IMG/VR virus record: IMGVR_UViG_3300024252_000004
Span: 186,001 to 250,000 of that record
Direction: 5' to 3' (one strand)
Length of the DNA: 64,000 nucleotides
Below the pieces are notes generated by a model. That model made no database searches, was not told the DNA's origin, and saw only the letters and a program-made list of their open reading frames with translations. The position numbers and the translations under genes are program-made. Within the stretch, counting starts at the first letter, position 1; each line of letters begins with the position of its first letter. This document shows positions 47,406 through 56,978 of this stretch, one piece after another.

Positions 47406-47720
47406 ATGACTATTACCCGAAAGAATGATCCGGATCTTCGTTTTGATTTTCTGACTTCAGAAAAATATCAGTTTAATCCGAGCGACTATGATACGACCGG
47501 TCATTACTCTGCTGACAGAAAGGCACTTCTAATCCCAGGTGTCTATGATGTGAAGGATCCTCAGAAAAAAAACGGGAACGTTACTTATCTTTTTAAAGCA
47601 AGAGATAATGGGCGAGCAGTTCGAAAGCGCCTTTGCTTGGGAGAATTCGCAGCACTTCTGAACGAAGAAGAGAGGGCGGCTTTTGCAATGATCGCAGAGG
47701 AATTGACCGTCGGATTCTGA
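47406..47720 (+). CDS. hypothetical protein (CxG...L..EE family)
   Basis: CLGEFAALLNEEER. Confidence 0.55.
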   Translation: MTITRKNDPDLRFDFLTSEKYQFNPSDYDTTGHYSADRKALLIPGVYDVKDPQKKNGNVTYLFKARDNGRAVRKRLCLGEFAALLNEEERAAFAMIAEELTVGF

Positions 47721-47802
47721 TGATTATTAATATCTTTTTATACCTTCTGTGTGATGATTCACACAGAGATTCACGGTATAATTAAAAGGTGGAAGGTACA
47801 TA

Positions 47803-48078
47803 ATGAAAAGAGTTCTTTATGCTGAAATTGAGGCACTGAACATTAATGCTTGGGTTACCAGCCTTGGTGTGCCAGAGGACTCTGTTTCTATCGTGGAGTT
47901 TCTGCTGACTGGTCACTATAAATCAGAGAGACTTGAAGTCTCTTGGGAACCGAGCGAAGCTGTGGAGATTTATCTGCTTGCTCTTTGGAGTGCAGGATTC
48001 GGAGGCCATCATCACTCTAAGAGTGTAGCGAAAGCTGCCGTAAAGAAGCACATCTTCGGATCAGATTTCCTATTGTAA
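47803..48078 (+). CDS. hypothetical protein
   Basis: purine-rich RBS. Confidence 0.55.
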   Translation: MKRVLYAEIEALNINAWVTSLGVPEDSVSIVEFLLTGHYKSERLEVSWEPSEAVEIYLLALWSAGFGGHHHSKSVAKAAVKKHIFGSDFLL

Positions 48079-48087
48079 AGGTGAGGT

Positions 48088-48321
48088 ATGGACGACGAGA
48101 ATGATGACATTTTTGAGGAAGAAGATTCCGGAACACTAATGTATCACGTTGTCTTTAAGGGAGGTGGTATGCTCAGAGTAGAGCTTCCCATTGATGAAGT
48201 ACCTCAGTCTAAAGATGAATTGGTTCTGGCCAGAAACGTCAGTCCAGTAGTTTACTACACAGGTGCGATTCTTGACTGGAATCAAGTTGCTGCTTGTGTT
48301 CCCGATTACTCTACAGTATGA
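48088..48321 (+). CDS. hypothetical protein
   Basis: AGGTGAGG RBS. Confidence 0.55.
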   Translation: MDDENDDIFEEEDSGTLMYHVVFKGGGMLRVELPIDEVPQSKDELVLARNVSPVVYYTGAILDWNQVAACVPDYSTV

Positions 48322-49011
48322 TTAATAAGATTTGCCATCTTTATATCTTTCGCGCCTCTTATATCTTCCCATGCCTTTGTTCTTACCTTTATAAGTATCA
48401 GTCTGAGCATGACAATTTGGACAGATTAATCTAAGATTCGATAAAGAATTGTTTTCTGAGTTACCATCGATGTGATCTAATTCAATCGGCATTGGTAACT
48501 CATTCCATTCTAACAAATCGCACACAGAACATTTGCTTCCGTTGTGTTTTAAAAGATATCTTTTTCCAACTACCGCAGAAAACTTTCCAGATGCTATTCT
48601 TTTCTCAAGATCAAAATCATGCTGGCAATAGTTTGAGCAATACTTTGCAGAACCTCTCTTGGTTTTTTTGCCGCAATTTACACAATCTGATGCGGGTTTA
48701 CCATTTCTGGTGACGCCTACATTGTGAAATGAAGCAGAGCAGCTATGAGAACAAAATTTGGAATTAGCTTTAGCGTAGTTGGTGAATGAATTGCTGCAAC
48801 CTAAACAAATATATTCTACGAGAACTTCATTAAATAAACTCCTGCATTGACCTGAACAAAATGAATGCGTAAGATTTTTTCGAATGGAACGCAAAACTGA
48901 ATGCTTATTTATGCGATAAGCTTCATCGCATTGATCACACTCAAGAGTTACAATTTCTCTTGATTTGAAGTCTGATAACCACTCTCTGATGTTATCATCT
49001 GAATATTTCAT
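48322..49011 (-). CDS. free-standing HNH endonuclease with multiple Zn fingers
   Basis: IELDHIDGNSENNSLSNLRLICPNCHAQT; AT-rich; inverted, next to a tRNA. Confidence 0.9.
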   Translation of the reverse strand: MKYSDDNIREWLSDFKSREIVTLECDQCDEAYRINKHSVLRSIRKNLTHSFCSGQCRSLFNEVLVEYICLGCSNSFTNYAKANSKFCSHSCSASFHNVGVTRNGKPASDCVNCGKKTKRGSAKYCSNYCQHDFDLEKRIASGKFSAVVGKRYLLKHNGSKCSVCDLLEWNELPMPIELDHIDGNSENNSLSNLRLICPNCHAQTDTYKGKNKGMGRYKRRERYKDGKSY

Positions 49012-49024
49012 GTCTTCCTTTTAT

Positions 49025-49102
49025 GGCCGTCTAACTCAATTGGCTTAGAGTACCTACCTCGTAAGTAGGAAGTTTCCGGTTCGAGCCCGGAGTCGGCCTC
49101 CA
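49025..49102 (+). tRNA. tRNA-Thr(CGT)
   Basis: CCTAC-CTCGTAA-GTAGG, canonical T arm, CCA; one acceptor mismatch. Confidence 0.88.
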
Positions 49103-49180
49103 TATGCTTTATCTTAAGAAAATAATAGAAGTATCACTTCATTAAAAATAAATTGCTCCATAACATATAGGAAAGCTATA

Positions 49181-49588
49181 ATGGCTAAATACGATATGTC
49201 TCCACACATCAGAAACCTTGATAATTTCGTCGGCTGGATCTTTATCCGCACTGTTACCAGAGAGGCTGAAAAGAATCTTGGTGATGGCGGAAAGTTCTGG
49301 GAACAGTTCCCTGGAATGCGGGAGGCACACAAAGCAGGAGAGATTGATATCTCTCTGACGATTCAGGGTGTTGAAGTAGACTTTGTCGATGTGATGAATC
49401 AGGTTTACGCAGAGTACCGTAAGGCTGTCGCCGATGACTCTCGCACTCTCGCCAAGACTCTTATCTCTGACGAGTTGTCTGATAAGATTGATCTTATCAA
49501 GGACATGCTTGACGAGGTTGAGTCTAAGATTGCGGAAGAGATTCCTGAGGATAAACTGGCGAACATTAGAGAATGGCATAGCGATTGA
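49181..49588 (+). CDS. hypothetical protein
   Basis: AGGA RBS. Confidence 0.65.
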   Translation: MAKYDMSPHIRNLDNFVGWIFIRTVTREAEKNLGDGGKFWEQFPGMREAHKAGEIDISLTIQGVEVDFVDVMNQVYAEYRKAVADDSRTLAKTLISDELSDKIDLIKDMLDEVESKIAEEIPEDKLANIREWHSD

Positions 49589-49611
49589 CTATGCTATAAC
49601 TTAGGAGTTCA

Positions 49612-50043
49612 ATGACCGAAGGAACCATAGGATTTACGGGAACAAGAGAAGGCTTGACTAATCTTCAAGTTTTCGAATTGGCCCGGTTGTTTGTGATAAA
49701 TTCAGAGCTATACGATACGTTCATACACGGGGACTGTATCGGTGCTGATGCTGACGCAGACCACATTGCGTACTCATTGGGTTACGCAATTAAGATGAGA
49801 CCATGTACTCTCGAAAGTATGAGAGCTTACTGTCGATCCGGTATAATAGTAGCAGAGCCAATGCCTCCCTTGGAGCGAAATAAGTTAATCGTCGGTGATT
49901 CGAATCTGATGATTGCTTGCCCCAAGGAAATGAAAGAGGTTCGTCGCTCTGGTACTTGGGCGACAATTAGGCACTCTATCAAGATGGGCACTAAATTGGT
50001 TATCATATATCCTGATGGTAGTCTGGAGGTAAAGAATGACTAA
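49612..50043 (+). CDS. SLOG (DprA/YspA-like) family protein
   Basis: IGFTGTR, HGDCIGAD, RN, SGTWATIR. Confidence 0.8.
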   Translation: MTEGTIGFTGTREGLTNLQVFELARLFVINSELYDTFIHGDCIGADADADHIAYSLGYAIKMRPCTLESMRAYCRSGIIVAEPMPPLERNKLIVGDSNLMIACPKEMKEVRRSGTWATIRHSIKMGTKLVIIYPDGSLEVKND

Positions 50044-50260
50044 GAGTAGAGAAGAGTTTTTGCATAGAAAGAGTTTGATCCTGGGTAAGATGTTCCGCGA
50101 GGCTTATGAGCGTTGTGGCAAAGATCATCAAATCACTAAGGATCTTCTTGAAAGATATTGCAATACTCGCAGAGAGCTACCGGGTGAAGGGAATGACGGT
50201 CAACGTCAGTCTACAAGACTTGGAGCGTATGAGGCTTTCCAGTCAACGCAAGAAGGCTAA
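50036..50260 (+). CDS. hypothetical protein
   Basis: GGAGGT RBS. Confidence 0.5.
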   Translation: MTKSREEFLHRKSLILGKMFREAYERCGKDHQITKDLLERYCNTRRELPGEGNDGQRQSTRLGAYEAFQSTQEG

Positions 50261-50283
50261 GAAAGAAACACATTCTGCATAGC

Positions 50284-50316
50284 AAAAAAGGGACACTGTA
50301 ATGGTGTCCCTTTTTT
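50284..50316. terminator. intrinsic terminator
   Basis: AAAAAAGGGACAC/GTGTCCCTTTTTT. Confidence 0.8.
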
Positions 50317-50350
50317 CGTGGCCGCCGGGGAGAAAAACTTGATAGCGGAT

Positions 50351-50486
50351 TTTTCTACATTTCTCACAAGACGTTATACTAAGCCAGCAGCACGGCGCTG
50401 CAAACAACGTACAGCATCGGGCAAGCGGAAAACGAAACAAACTGTCGATAGACGAAAGTTTTCCAAATTTCCCACAGGATGTTATA
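50351..50486 (+). promoter_or_regulatory. tandem phage promoter motifs (50351-50378, 50459-50486)
   Basis: TTTTCTA-N15-GTTATA and TTTTCCA-N15-GTTATA. Confidence 0.78.
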
Positions 50487-50530
50487 CGATGGTGTCGGGT
50501 GAGCCGATAACGATTAAGGAGCGCGAAAGC

Positions 50531-50911
50531 ATGTCAAGTCGCAATGCAAAGTGGGATAAGGCGGTCAGTGATAAGACGCCTCTGAACCCAGAAGATACTC
50601 TCGCTTACTACGAGAATGTTCAGCTTGACCCCACCGCTGGTCTTTCCAGCCGTGACCGTGCTCGAATTGCTGGATGGATGAGTGCTACGAAGAATAGCTC
50701 CAACCAGCCTGATACTGTCGAGCTTTCAGATGGCGACAAGAGATACCTTGCCCGTCTGGACAAGAGAGCTAACGCTCTCCCCGCTGACAACACACAGTTT
50801 ATACAGCCGGTTGATTACTACAAGCTCCTTGGAGACGCATGGGACAATATGTACGTGTGGTTTAAGGGGAACAGTTGGCCAAAGGCCCGACCGGTTACTA
50901 CAGAGTCTTAG
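50531..50911 (+). CDS. hypothetical protein
   Basis: AAGGAG RBS before ATG 50531. Confidence 0.65.
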   Translation: MSSRNAKWDKAVSDKTPLNPEDTLAYYENVQLDPTAGLSSRDRARIAGWMSATKNSSNQPDTVELSDGDKRYLARLDKRANALPADNTQFIQPVDYYKLLGDAWDNMYVWFKGNSWPKARPVTTES

Positions 50912-50980
50912 AGAGAAGAAGGAAAGGGTTGCTATTTTGACCTTGACCAATTAATTAAAACAAAAGAAAGGAAATTACAT

Positions 50981-51448
50981 ATGTCTGCTGAATTCGATCT
51001 TCGTCCCGATGACCTCGTCATCATTCGTCTTACCCTTCGCGGTCGCGATGGCGGTGCTGCCGTCAACGTGAATGAGACCCCTACTGTTGCTGATCTCGGC
51101 CTCGGTCAGGATGCTCCTACCGTCGAGCCCCCAACGCTCGATACTGCCGAGTACGCTCGCCTGCTTTCTGCTGGCGGAAGTGATGCTGAGGCTGCCCTTC
51201 GTATGCTCGCTGAGTTTAACGAGGCAACCGCTGACTTCATGGCTGCTGGTGGAACCCCTCCTGCTGAGTCTCTGGCTCAGGCAGTGGTTGACTGGGTCGT
51301 TGAGACCCGTCCTGGCGGACACAAGTTCGTTACCACTGACTCCGCAGACGGCTACGTGATCTCCGCTCGTGAGATCAACATCCACCAGGTTAGCCTTGGT
51401 GATGATGACCGTGCCTTCCGTGTCACCGCTGTCGGTACTTGGGGCTGA
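50981..51448 (+). CDS. second Ubl-like candidate ending VGTWG
   Basis: terminal aromatic-Gly; N- and C-terminal strand patterns echo the 34061 Ubl; very biased codons; E1 two genes downstream. Confidence 0.5.
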   Translation: MSAEFDLRPDDLVIIRLTLRGRDGGAAVNVNETPTVADLGLGQDAPTVEPPTLDTAEYARLLSAGGSDAEAALRMLAEFNEATADFMAAGGTPPAESLAQAVVDWVVETRPGGHKFVTTDSADGYVISAREINIHQVSLGDDDRAFRVTAVGTWG

Positions 51449-51502
51449 TTAACTGAGCGTAAAGCTTAGTTAGTCGCGAAGGGTCAAAAATAGCTAAACA
51501 CT

Positions 51503-51540
51503 GGGGGTCGGTAGTTCGGAAGTTCTACCGACCCCCTTTG
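51503..51540 (+). terminator. intrinsic terminator
   Basis: GGGGGTCGGTAG/CTACCGACCCCC-TTTG. Confidence 0.75.
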
Positions 51541-51598
51541 TCCATTCTTCTCTAAAGAATAAAACATTAAACATAACACCAATAACCTTTACTCATAG

Positions 51599-53020
51599 GT
51601 GATTAGAATGTCCGATATTGGTAAGCTTTGGTCCACGGTAGACGTAGACCTTGAAAAGTATAAGGCCGGCACAATGCCGGAGGTTCGCAGGAGCGGCAGT
51701 TACAGTAACTGCAATTGTTCCGAGTGCCAGAGTCTTAAGGCTCTGCGTGACAATATTCTCGCCGCACGAAACGGAAGTACATTCTTCGGCATCTCCCGAG
51801 ATGTGCAGGCAAAGGTCGAAAAGGTCAAGATGTCTCTGGTCGTAGAGACTCCAGGCTTCTATAGTCTTGGCCCTATCTCGGATCAGACGAATGGTATCTT
51901 CGATACGGTCTACTTCTCCGAGCCCGGAAAGTATTCTTTCGTCAAGATTTACAAGGCCGCACGCAATGCTCCAGATGGTCTGATGCTCATTGACGATGAG
52001 ATCAGCGCTGCCTTTGGAGAGGGTGGAATTACGTCTGCTTACAGAGAGGCTTTCGGAAAGGTCTTTGTTATGGGAGAGCTTGCCGGCGATGCTTGGGGCG
52101 CTCTGAAGAATAAGATCAATCTCGCTATCCAGGGTGTTGTGCCTGAGGAAGATGAGCCTATTCTCGAAGAGGTTAACTTCGATGGAGTGTTTCTGGTCAA
52201 TGACCGATACATCCCGATGTTCTACTTCAATGACACCTTCACTATCATCACGAGTGCCGATGGTAATAGTAAGAAGTGTGAGTCCATCCCTGGTCTTCCC
52301 ACTGATGATGCGACTAAGTCGATGAACTACATCAAGAGCATCGCCAAGAAGCTTCCTAAGTGCTTCGGCTTTGCTGATGATAAGCACGCGATCCCATTCG
52401 TCTATGATACCGAGACGCATTCTCTTGCGACTGGTGTTGGGATCTCTGATGTCATTCATTGCCTTGTGAATGAGAATAAGGATAAGTTCTCTGAGGCCAT
52501 TCAGAATGTCTTTGGTCACGTTCTGAGTCCGCTTGAGTTTATTGATGCAGTGAAGCAGGACTTCGCAGTCAATGGTGCAGATGAGTTTGAGATCACCGAG
52601 TTCTGGCCTAAGCATGTTACGGCACGCTGGTCGGAGTGGGAGACTCACGATAAGCTGGACCACTCTGTTACCTTCTCTGGCTATCTTGCAGGAGTTAGTT
52701 TCCAGGGTAAGCCTCTGGTTGGGAAGAATGGTTCTCAGCGTGGAGACATCCACATTCGTTTCAACCCTGAGACTGGCCGTCCTTGGCTTATGAAGTCTCC
52801 CTGGTGTCAGCGAATCAACTCTTGGTCTAAGAAGAATCATGGAGTTATCGATCAGCTTTATGATATCTGGGCTCTCGCTGACTGGCTGTCCGGTCCCTTC
52901 GCTGAAAAGTGCAACCTCAACATGAAGTCTGCTCCTTGTGTCTTTGCTGGAAACAAGATGGTTGACCGAAAGAAGAGTGCTCTTGACAAGCTTCGTGCCA
53001 AGCTTAACGCTGTAGGCTGA
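51599..53020 (+). CDS. hypothetical protein, paralog of 42051-43550, conserved Cys (possible E2-like)
   Basis: YIPMF, TEFWP, WCQRINSWSK, DWLSGP. Confidence 0.8.
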   Translation: MIRMSDIGKLWSTVDVDLEKYKAGTMPEVRRSGSYSNCNCSECQSLKALRDNILAARNGSTFFGISRDVQAKVEKVKMSLVVETPGFYSLGPISDQTNGIFDTVYFSEPGKYSFVKIYKAARNAPDGLMLIDDEISAAFGEGGITSAYREAFGKVFVMGELAGDAWGALKNKINLAIQGVVPEEDEPILEEVNFDGVFLVNDRYIPMFYFNDTFTIITSADGNSKKCESIPGLPTDDATKSMNYIKSIAKKLPKCFGFADDKHAIPFVYDTETHSLATGVGISDVIHCLVNENKDKFSEAIQNVFGHVLSPLEFIDAVKQDFAVNGADEFEITEFWPKHVTARWSEWETHDKLDHSVTFSGYLAGVSFQGKPLVGKNGSQRGDIHIRFNPETGRPWLMKSPWCQRINSWSKKNHGVIDQLYDIWALADWLSGPFAEKCNLNMKSAPCVFAGNKMVDRKKSALDKLRAKLNAVG

Positions 53021-53066
53021 AGCTTAGTTTCCCCGCTACATAACACTAACTATACAGGTGTAACAA

Positions 53067-53858
53067 ATGCTACGTAGACCCACTATTGCCATCGTTGGCT
53101 GTGGCTTTATCGGCTCGCATCTTGCAGACGAGCTTGCTAAGCTTTTCTACTCTCAGGATGTATTCCCTTTCCACTTCCTCTTCATTGACTATGATGAATG
53201 GGAGGACCGGAACGCTGCGAACCAGAATGTGTCTTACGAGATCGCAAATAGTGAAGAGCCTAAGGCTATCACTTGCGCTCGGTATGCCAATCAGTACCCG
53301 AACAACGAGGGCAAAGCTGTCGTTGAGAAGCTGACTCATGCAAATGCTGCTGAGCTTCTAAAGGATGCTGTGCTTGTCATTGATGCAGTGGATAACATTC
53401 CTACTCGTCAGATCCTTTGGGCTATGGGTATTGGTGGAGCTACTGCTCCCTGTATGCATGTTGGTATCTCGCGGAAGGGTGACGGTATCATCAACTGGTC
53501 TTCGACCAAGCTTGATACCTTCCCTTTCAACCCGGTTGCAATGGCCGGTCGTGATCTCGCTGAGCAGGATGTCAAGGAGCCGCCTTGTGAAATGTATAAG
53601 TATCGTGCCTCTGGCATGGTTCTTTTCCAGGCAGCAGCTAAGGCTGTATCCTTCTTCTTCGGAAAGGATCCTTGGAATTATCTTGAGTGTGATGGGGTCA
53701 CTGAGCGTGGAACCATGACTTGCTGGACTACCAGTGTTGAGAACGGAGCGAAGCTTCTGACAGATGATATGTATCTGGATATGGAAGAGGGCTTTTTCCC
53801 TGTTGATTGGCGGGACGTTGACTTCCACGCTATCAACGCAGAAACGGACGAGGACTAA
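53067..53858 (+). CDS. second ThiF/E1-like activating enzyme
   Basis: VGCGFIGS, DYDEWEDRNAANQ, VIDAVDN, PPCE. Confidence 0.88.
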   Translation: MLRRPTIAIVGCGFIGSHLADELAKLFYSQDVFPFHFLFIDYDEWEDRNAANQNVSYEIANSEEPKAITCARYANQYPNNEGKAVVEKLTHANAAELLKDAVLVIDAVDNIPTRQILWAMGIGGATAPCMHVGISRKGDGIINWSSTKLDTFPFNPVAMAGRDLAEQDVKEPPCEMYKYRASGMVLFQAAAKAVSFFFGKDPWNYLECDGVTERGTMTCWTTSVENGAKLLTDDMYLDMEEGFFPVDWRDVDFHAINAETDED

Positions 53859-53860
53859 AC

Positions 53861-55486
53861 ATGACTAATCGTAATTGGGGCAGGTCGAGTACGCCCACAA
53901 AGAAGACTGCTCACGCAAAGATCACGATCTACAGTGGCGAGATTCCAGAGGATGATAATACTGATGATTCCACTTGGGAGGTCGAGGGTGAGTATTACGT
54001 CGGAGAGCAGAGGCTCGGACAGGCTATTGACAATGCTGTTGATGTCCTTCAGGTCTACTCCGATGTAATCAAGGATGACAACAAGTCGTACAAGATGCCT
54101 ACTGGTAAGGACACTATTCCTAACCTCTTCATGAAGAAGGGAAGTGTTCCTACTAAGAGGACTTGGACCCGAAATGTTGCTTGCTGTGCATACAATGCAA
54201 CTGACGGCTACATGAAGCACTGGCTTGGTCGCCAGTTTGATCGGGATGATAGGGATTGGTACTGTCGCCACCATTTGGTGACCCCTGATGGTCTCCCTCA
54301 GGAGTTCAGTTTCACTGTGCTTCAGCAGCTTGTTGAGGCTTATGACTGTGGTATCAAGGGGATTCAGGTTCCACGAACCAGTCGTCGCTTTGATGAGCAG
54401 AAAATCTTCATTGAGGCTCTCGGCGCAAACCCTCTCTTTAAGGTGAATGGAAACACCACCAACGAAGAGGCTTATGAGGTTCTTTATCCCGAGGCAGCTA
54501 TTCCTATCTTCCTTGAGAAGGAAGGTCTGGATGATACTCCGAAGGGTCGTGCCGAGCTTAAGAAGCGTGTCTTTGACACTTGGCGATTCGAGTGTATTGA
54601 TATGCCCGATCTCGGTGCAGTCATCATGCGGCAGTTTTCTTTGAGCATGGTAGGACACAATGGTGGTTCTAACTACTATGGTCCTCGCTCTAAGTTCTCG
54701 GTGAATGATGATACTGATAAGTGGCTGATGGCTGTGCAGTTTGCAGAGCTTAAGGACATCGACTATCTTGTTCCGCTGGAGCTTGAGGCATACAAGGAGT
54801 ATGACGGTACTCTGATCTATGATTGGTGGGGAATCAAGTGCGATGCTTCTAAGACTCTTAGAGGTTACGCTCCCAAGTATCAGAGCACCAGTTCTTACCG
54901 AAGCGGCTATGGCGGCGGCAGCAGCTACAACGGTGATACTTCCGGCTCTGGCAAGGGAAAGACTGATTACTTTGTTCCTCCACTTCGGGCTCTTGGATAC
55001 GATGCTTCACAGATTCTTCTGATGTCTTGGAAGACTGCTCGGACCCTAAAGGAAGGTAAGATTTCTGCGAAGGGTACGGTCATTAAGAGTGATGGTACTT
55101 GGCTGTCTGAGAAGGATAAGAGTTCTTCCTCTAAGGATGGAGGACAGATGAAGCTTATCACGGACAAGGAGAATGTTTCGACAGAGGTGAAAGTCCTCGC
55201 TTACCCGCCTCTGTGTGAGGGTTGTCAAAAGAATCCAGGCGATACGGTCTATGATATCAATGATAACCTAAAGTGTGAGAACTGTGGTGATCTTGTCGAG
55301 GCGTACCTCGTTCCCAGGAACAACCTTCTGAGCGGCTGGACTGCTGTTAGCGAGCGAGCACTGTCTCAGCTTGATGACGACAGTGATGACGACCTTGAGG
55401 ATTGGGAATACCAGTGGCTTCTTGGGGGCGATGACACCGATGAGATAGATTTCAGTGGAGACTCTGGGAACATTCACCTTCCTTGA
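53861..55486 (+). CDS. hypothetical protein (541 aa) with Gly/Ser/Tyr linker, C-terminal Zn ribbon and acidic tail
   Basis: CEGC...CENCG; follows E1. Confidence 0.8.
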   Translation: MTNRNWGRSSTPTKKTAHAKITIYSGEIPEDDNTDDSTWEVEGEYYVGEQRLGQAIDNAVDVLQVYSDVIKDDNKSYKMPTGKDTIPNLFMKKGSVPTKRTWTRNVACCAYNATDGYMKHWLGRQFDRDDRDWYCRHHLVTPDGLPQEFSFTVLQQLVEAYDCGIKGIQVPRTSRRFDEQKIFIEALGANPLFKVNGNTTNEEAYEVLYPEAAIPIFLEKEGLDDTPKGRAELKKRVFDTWRFECIDMPDLGAVIMRQFSLSMVGHNGGSNYYGPRSKFSVNDDTDKWLMAVQFAELKDIDYLVPLELEAYKEYDGTLIYDWWGIKCDASKTLRGYAPKYQSTSSYRSGYGGGSSYNGDTSGSGKGKTDYFVPPLRALGYDASQILLMSWKTARTLKEGKISAKGTVIKSDGTWLSEKDKSSSSKDGGQMKLITDKENVSTEVKVLAYPPLCEGCQKNPGDTVYDINDNLKCENCGDLVEAYLVPRNNLLSGWTAVSERALSQLDDDSDDDLEDWEYQWLLGGDDTDEIDFSGDSGNIHLP

Positions 55487-55529
55487 CAATTCGTTACGGT
55501 TCAAGCAGTAGACGTAACTCTTGATTAAC

Positions 55530-55564
55530 AAGAAGAGGGTAGACCAAGTGTCTATCCTCTTCTT
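55530..55564. terminator. hairpin terminator
   Basis: AAGAAGAGGGTAGAC/GTCTATCCTCTTCTT. Confidence 0.7.
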
Positions 55565-55636
55565 GCCGTTTGATTCTGCCCCGCCCACCGGGGAGAAAAA
55601 GCTGATTCGCGGCTCTTGGCGGGGGTTAGTTTAAAT

Positions 55637-55664
55637 TTTTCTGACTTTCCCATAGGACGTTATA
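55637..55664 (+). promoter_or_regulatory. phage promoter motif
   Basis: TTTTCTG-N15-GTTATA. Confidence 0.75.
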
Positions 55665-55693
55665 GGAAGCCAAAGGATTTTTAAGGTAAAACA

Positions 55694-56212
55694 ATGAAGA
55701 AGATATGCTACATTATGCGGGGAGTTCCAGGTTCTGGAAAAAGTACTGCCGCCCGTTCAATTGCTCGAACAGCACCGCCCGGAAAGGTTGGTGAGTTCTG
55801 GCATCACATTGGCGAGTTTGGTCCTGATCAGCGTTGCGCTCTATACTTCGGTGAGCCTGACGGTGATATCTTTTCTGCCGTTCATTCTGCGGACGATTAC
55901 TTTCTCAACGAGGAAGGGGTCTATGTGTTCAACAGGATGGCACTAGGAAAGGTTCACTCCAAGAACTTCAAGTCTTTCAGGGAGTCTTGTGAGCTTGACA
56001 TTCCTATTGTCATATGTGACAACACGAACCTTAGGCGGAAAGAGTGGAAGAAGTACGCAGCCTGCGGGGATAACCGAGGATATATCGTCGCCTTTGTAGA
56101 GATGCCTCTTCCAAATCCTCAAGTTGCAGCAGAGAGAAACTCACACGGAGTTCCACTTGCTGACATCAAACGAATGATTAAGAATTGGGAACCATTTAAT
56201 GGGAAAATATAA
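55694..56212 (+). CDS. P-loop polynucleotide kinase-like protein (AAA_33 / N4BP2-like)
   Basis: MRGVPGSGKST, SADDYF, DNTN, RNSHGVP. Confidence 0.85.
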   Translation: MKKICYIMRGVPGSGKSTAARSIARTAPPGKVGEFWHHIGEFGPDQRCALYFGEPDGDIFSAVHSADDYFLNEEGVYVFNRMALGKVHSKNFKSFRESCELDIPIVICDNTNLRRKEWKKYAACGDNRGYIVAFVEMPLPNPQVAAERNSHGVPLADIKRMIKNWEPFNGKI

Positions 56213-56471
56213 TTGGCGTAAGCTACTATTTAAGCCTTTCGGCATCCTTGTAGTTATCTTGAGGCACATAACCTCATGGTACATTGCTCCAATATGGGCC
56301 TTCTGCTTTCCCTACTTTGTAGGTGATGAAAGCTTCCTTCTGAGTGCCGCAATGGCGCTCGTTGTTGGTTTTGGATCGTACAAACTGTGGTCAGATTACG
56401 AGCCAGAACTGGATGGACAGATTACTATTGACGAATTGAAAAATCCTGTTAAGGATGATTTGTCTGAGTAG
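56199..56471 (+). CDS. small membrane protein
   Basis: two TM segments. Confidence 0.55.
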   Translation: MGKYNWRKLLFKPFGILVVILRHITSWYIAPIWAFCFPYFVGDESFLLSAAMALVVGFGSYKLWSDYEPELDGQITIDELKNPVKDDLSE

Positions 56472-56512
56472 TTTTAACAACGGTACTAGATCCTAGACAA
56501 GGGTTATCGAAA

Positions 56513-56948
56513 ATGGGTTTGCGTTTCTACTCAGGTTCTCCGTTTGAACCTGAGCATGTGTATGTTCCTGAGTTGATCCCAGAAGGTGAACCGCTCGCCT
56601 ATGGGAACACTAGGGCGGTTTGTTTGATCCTTGAGGATTTGAATCAGGTTAATCAAGAATTTGATCTCGGCATTTCCTTAAGTGGAAGCGATTGTGCATT
56701 GGATCCTATTTCTGCTGATGATGCTTTGAGGTTGGCTTCTGCGCTGGAGATTTATCTATTGGATGTTCTCAAGCAAGATAGGCTTGATGGGCCGAAATTT
56801 CTTATCACAAGCGTTCTTAATGAGCCTCAGGGGGCCGATAGATAGCTTGAGTGAGTTGAGCTTCACGCCGCAATATCAAACGAGACGCGAGCTTCTCATG
56901 GAATTCGTTGAGTTTCTGAGGTCTTGCGATGGGTTTTACGCATGGTGA
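56513..56948 (+). CDS. hypothetical protein, possibly split by a +1 frameshift near 56800
   Basis: ORF 56513-56845 overlapped by a +1 frame ending EFVEFLRSCDGFYAW. Confidence 0.45.
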
Positions 56949-56978
56949 ACTGCTACAAAGAAGAGTTGGAGAATTAAA

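Noticed and set aside
50318-50530. N-terminal extension of the 197-aa ORF
   Set aside because: Crosses two promoter motifs; the RBS supports ATG 50531.
51593-54658. Long minus-strand ORFs (415 aa, 267 aa) and similar antisense ORFs elsewhere
   Set aside because: Shadows of codon-biased + strand genes; no motifs or RBS.
56763-56948. Programmed frameshift in the 56513 gene
   Set aside because: No slippery site or structure evident; an indel or separate small ORF is equally likely.
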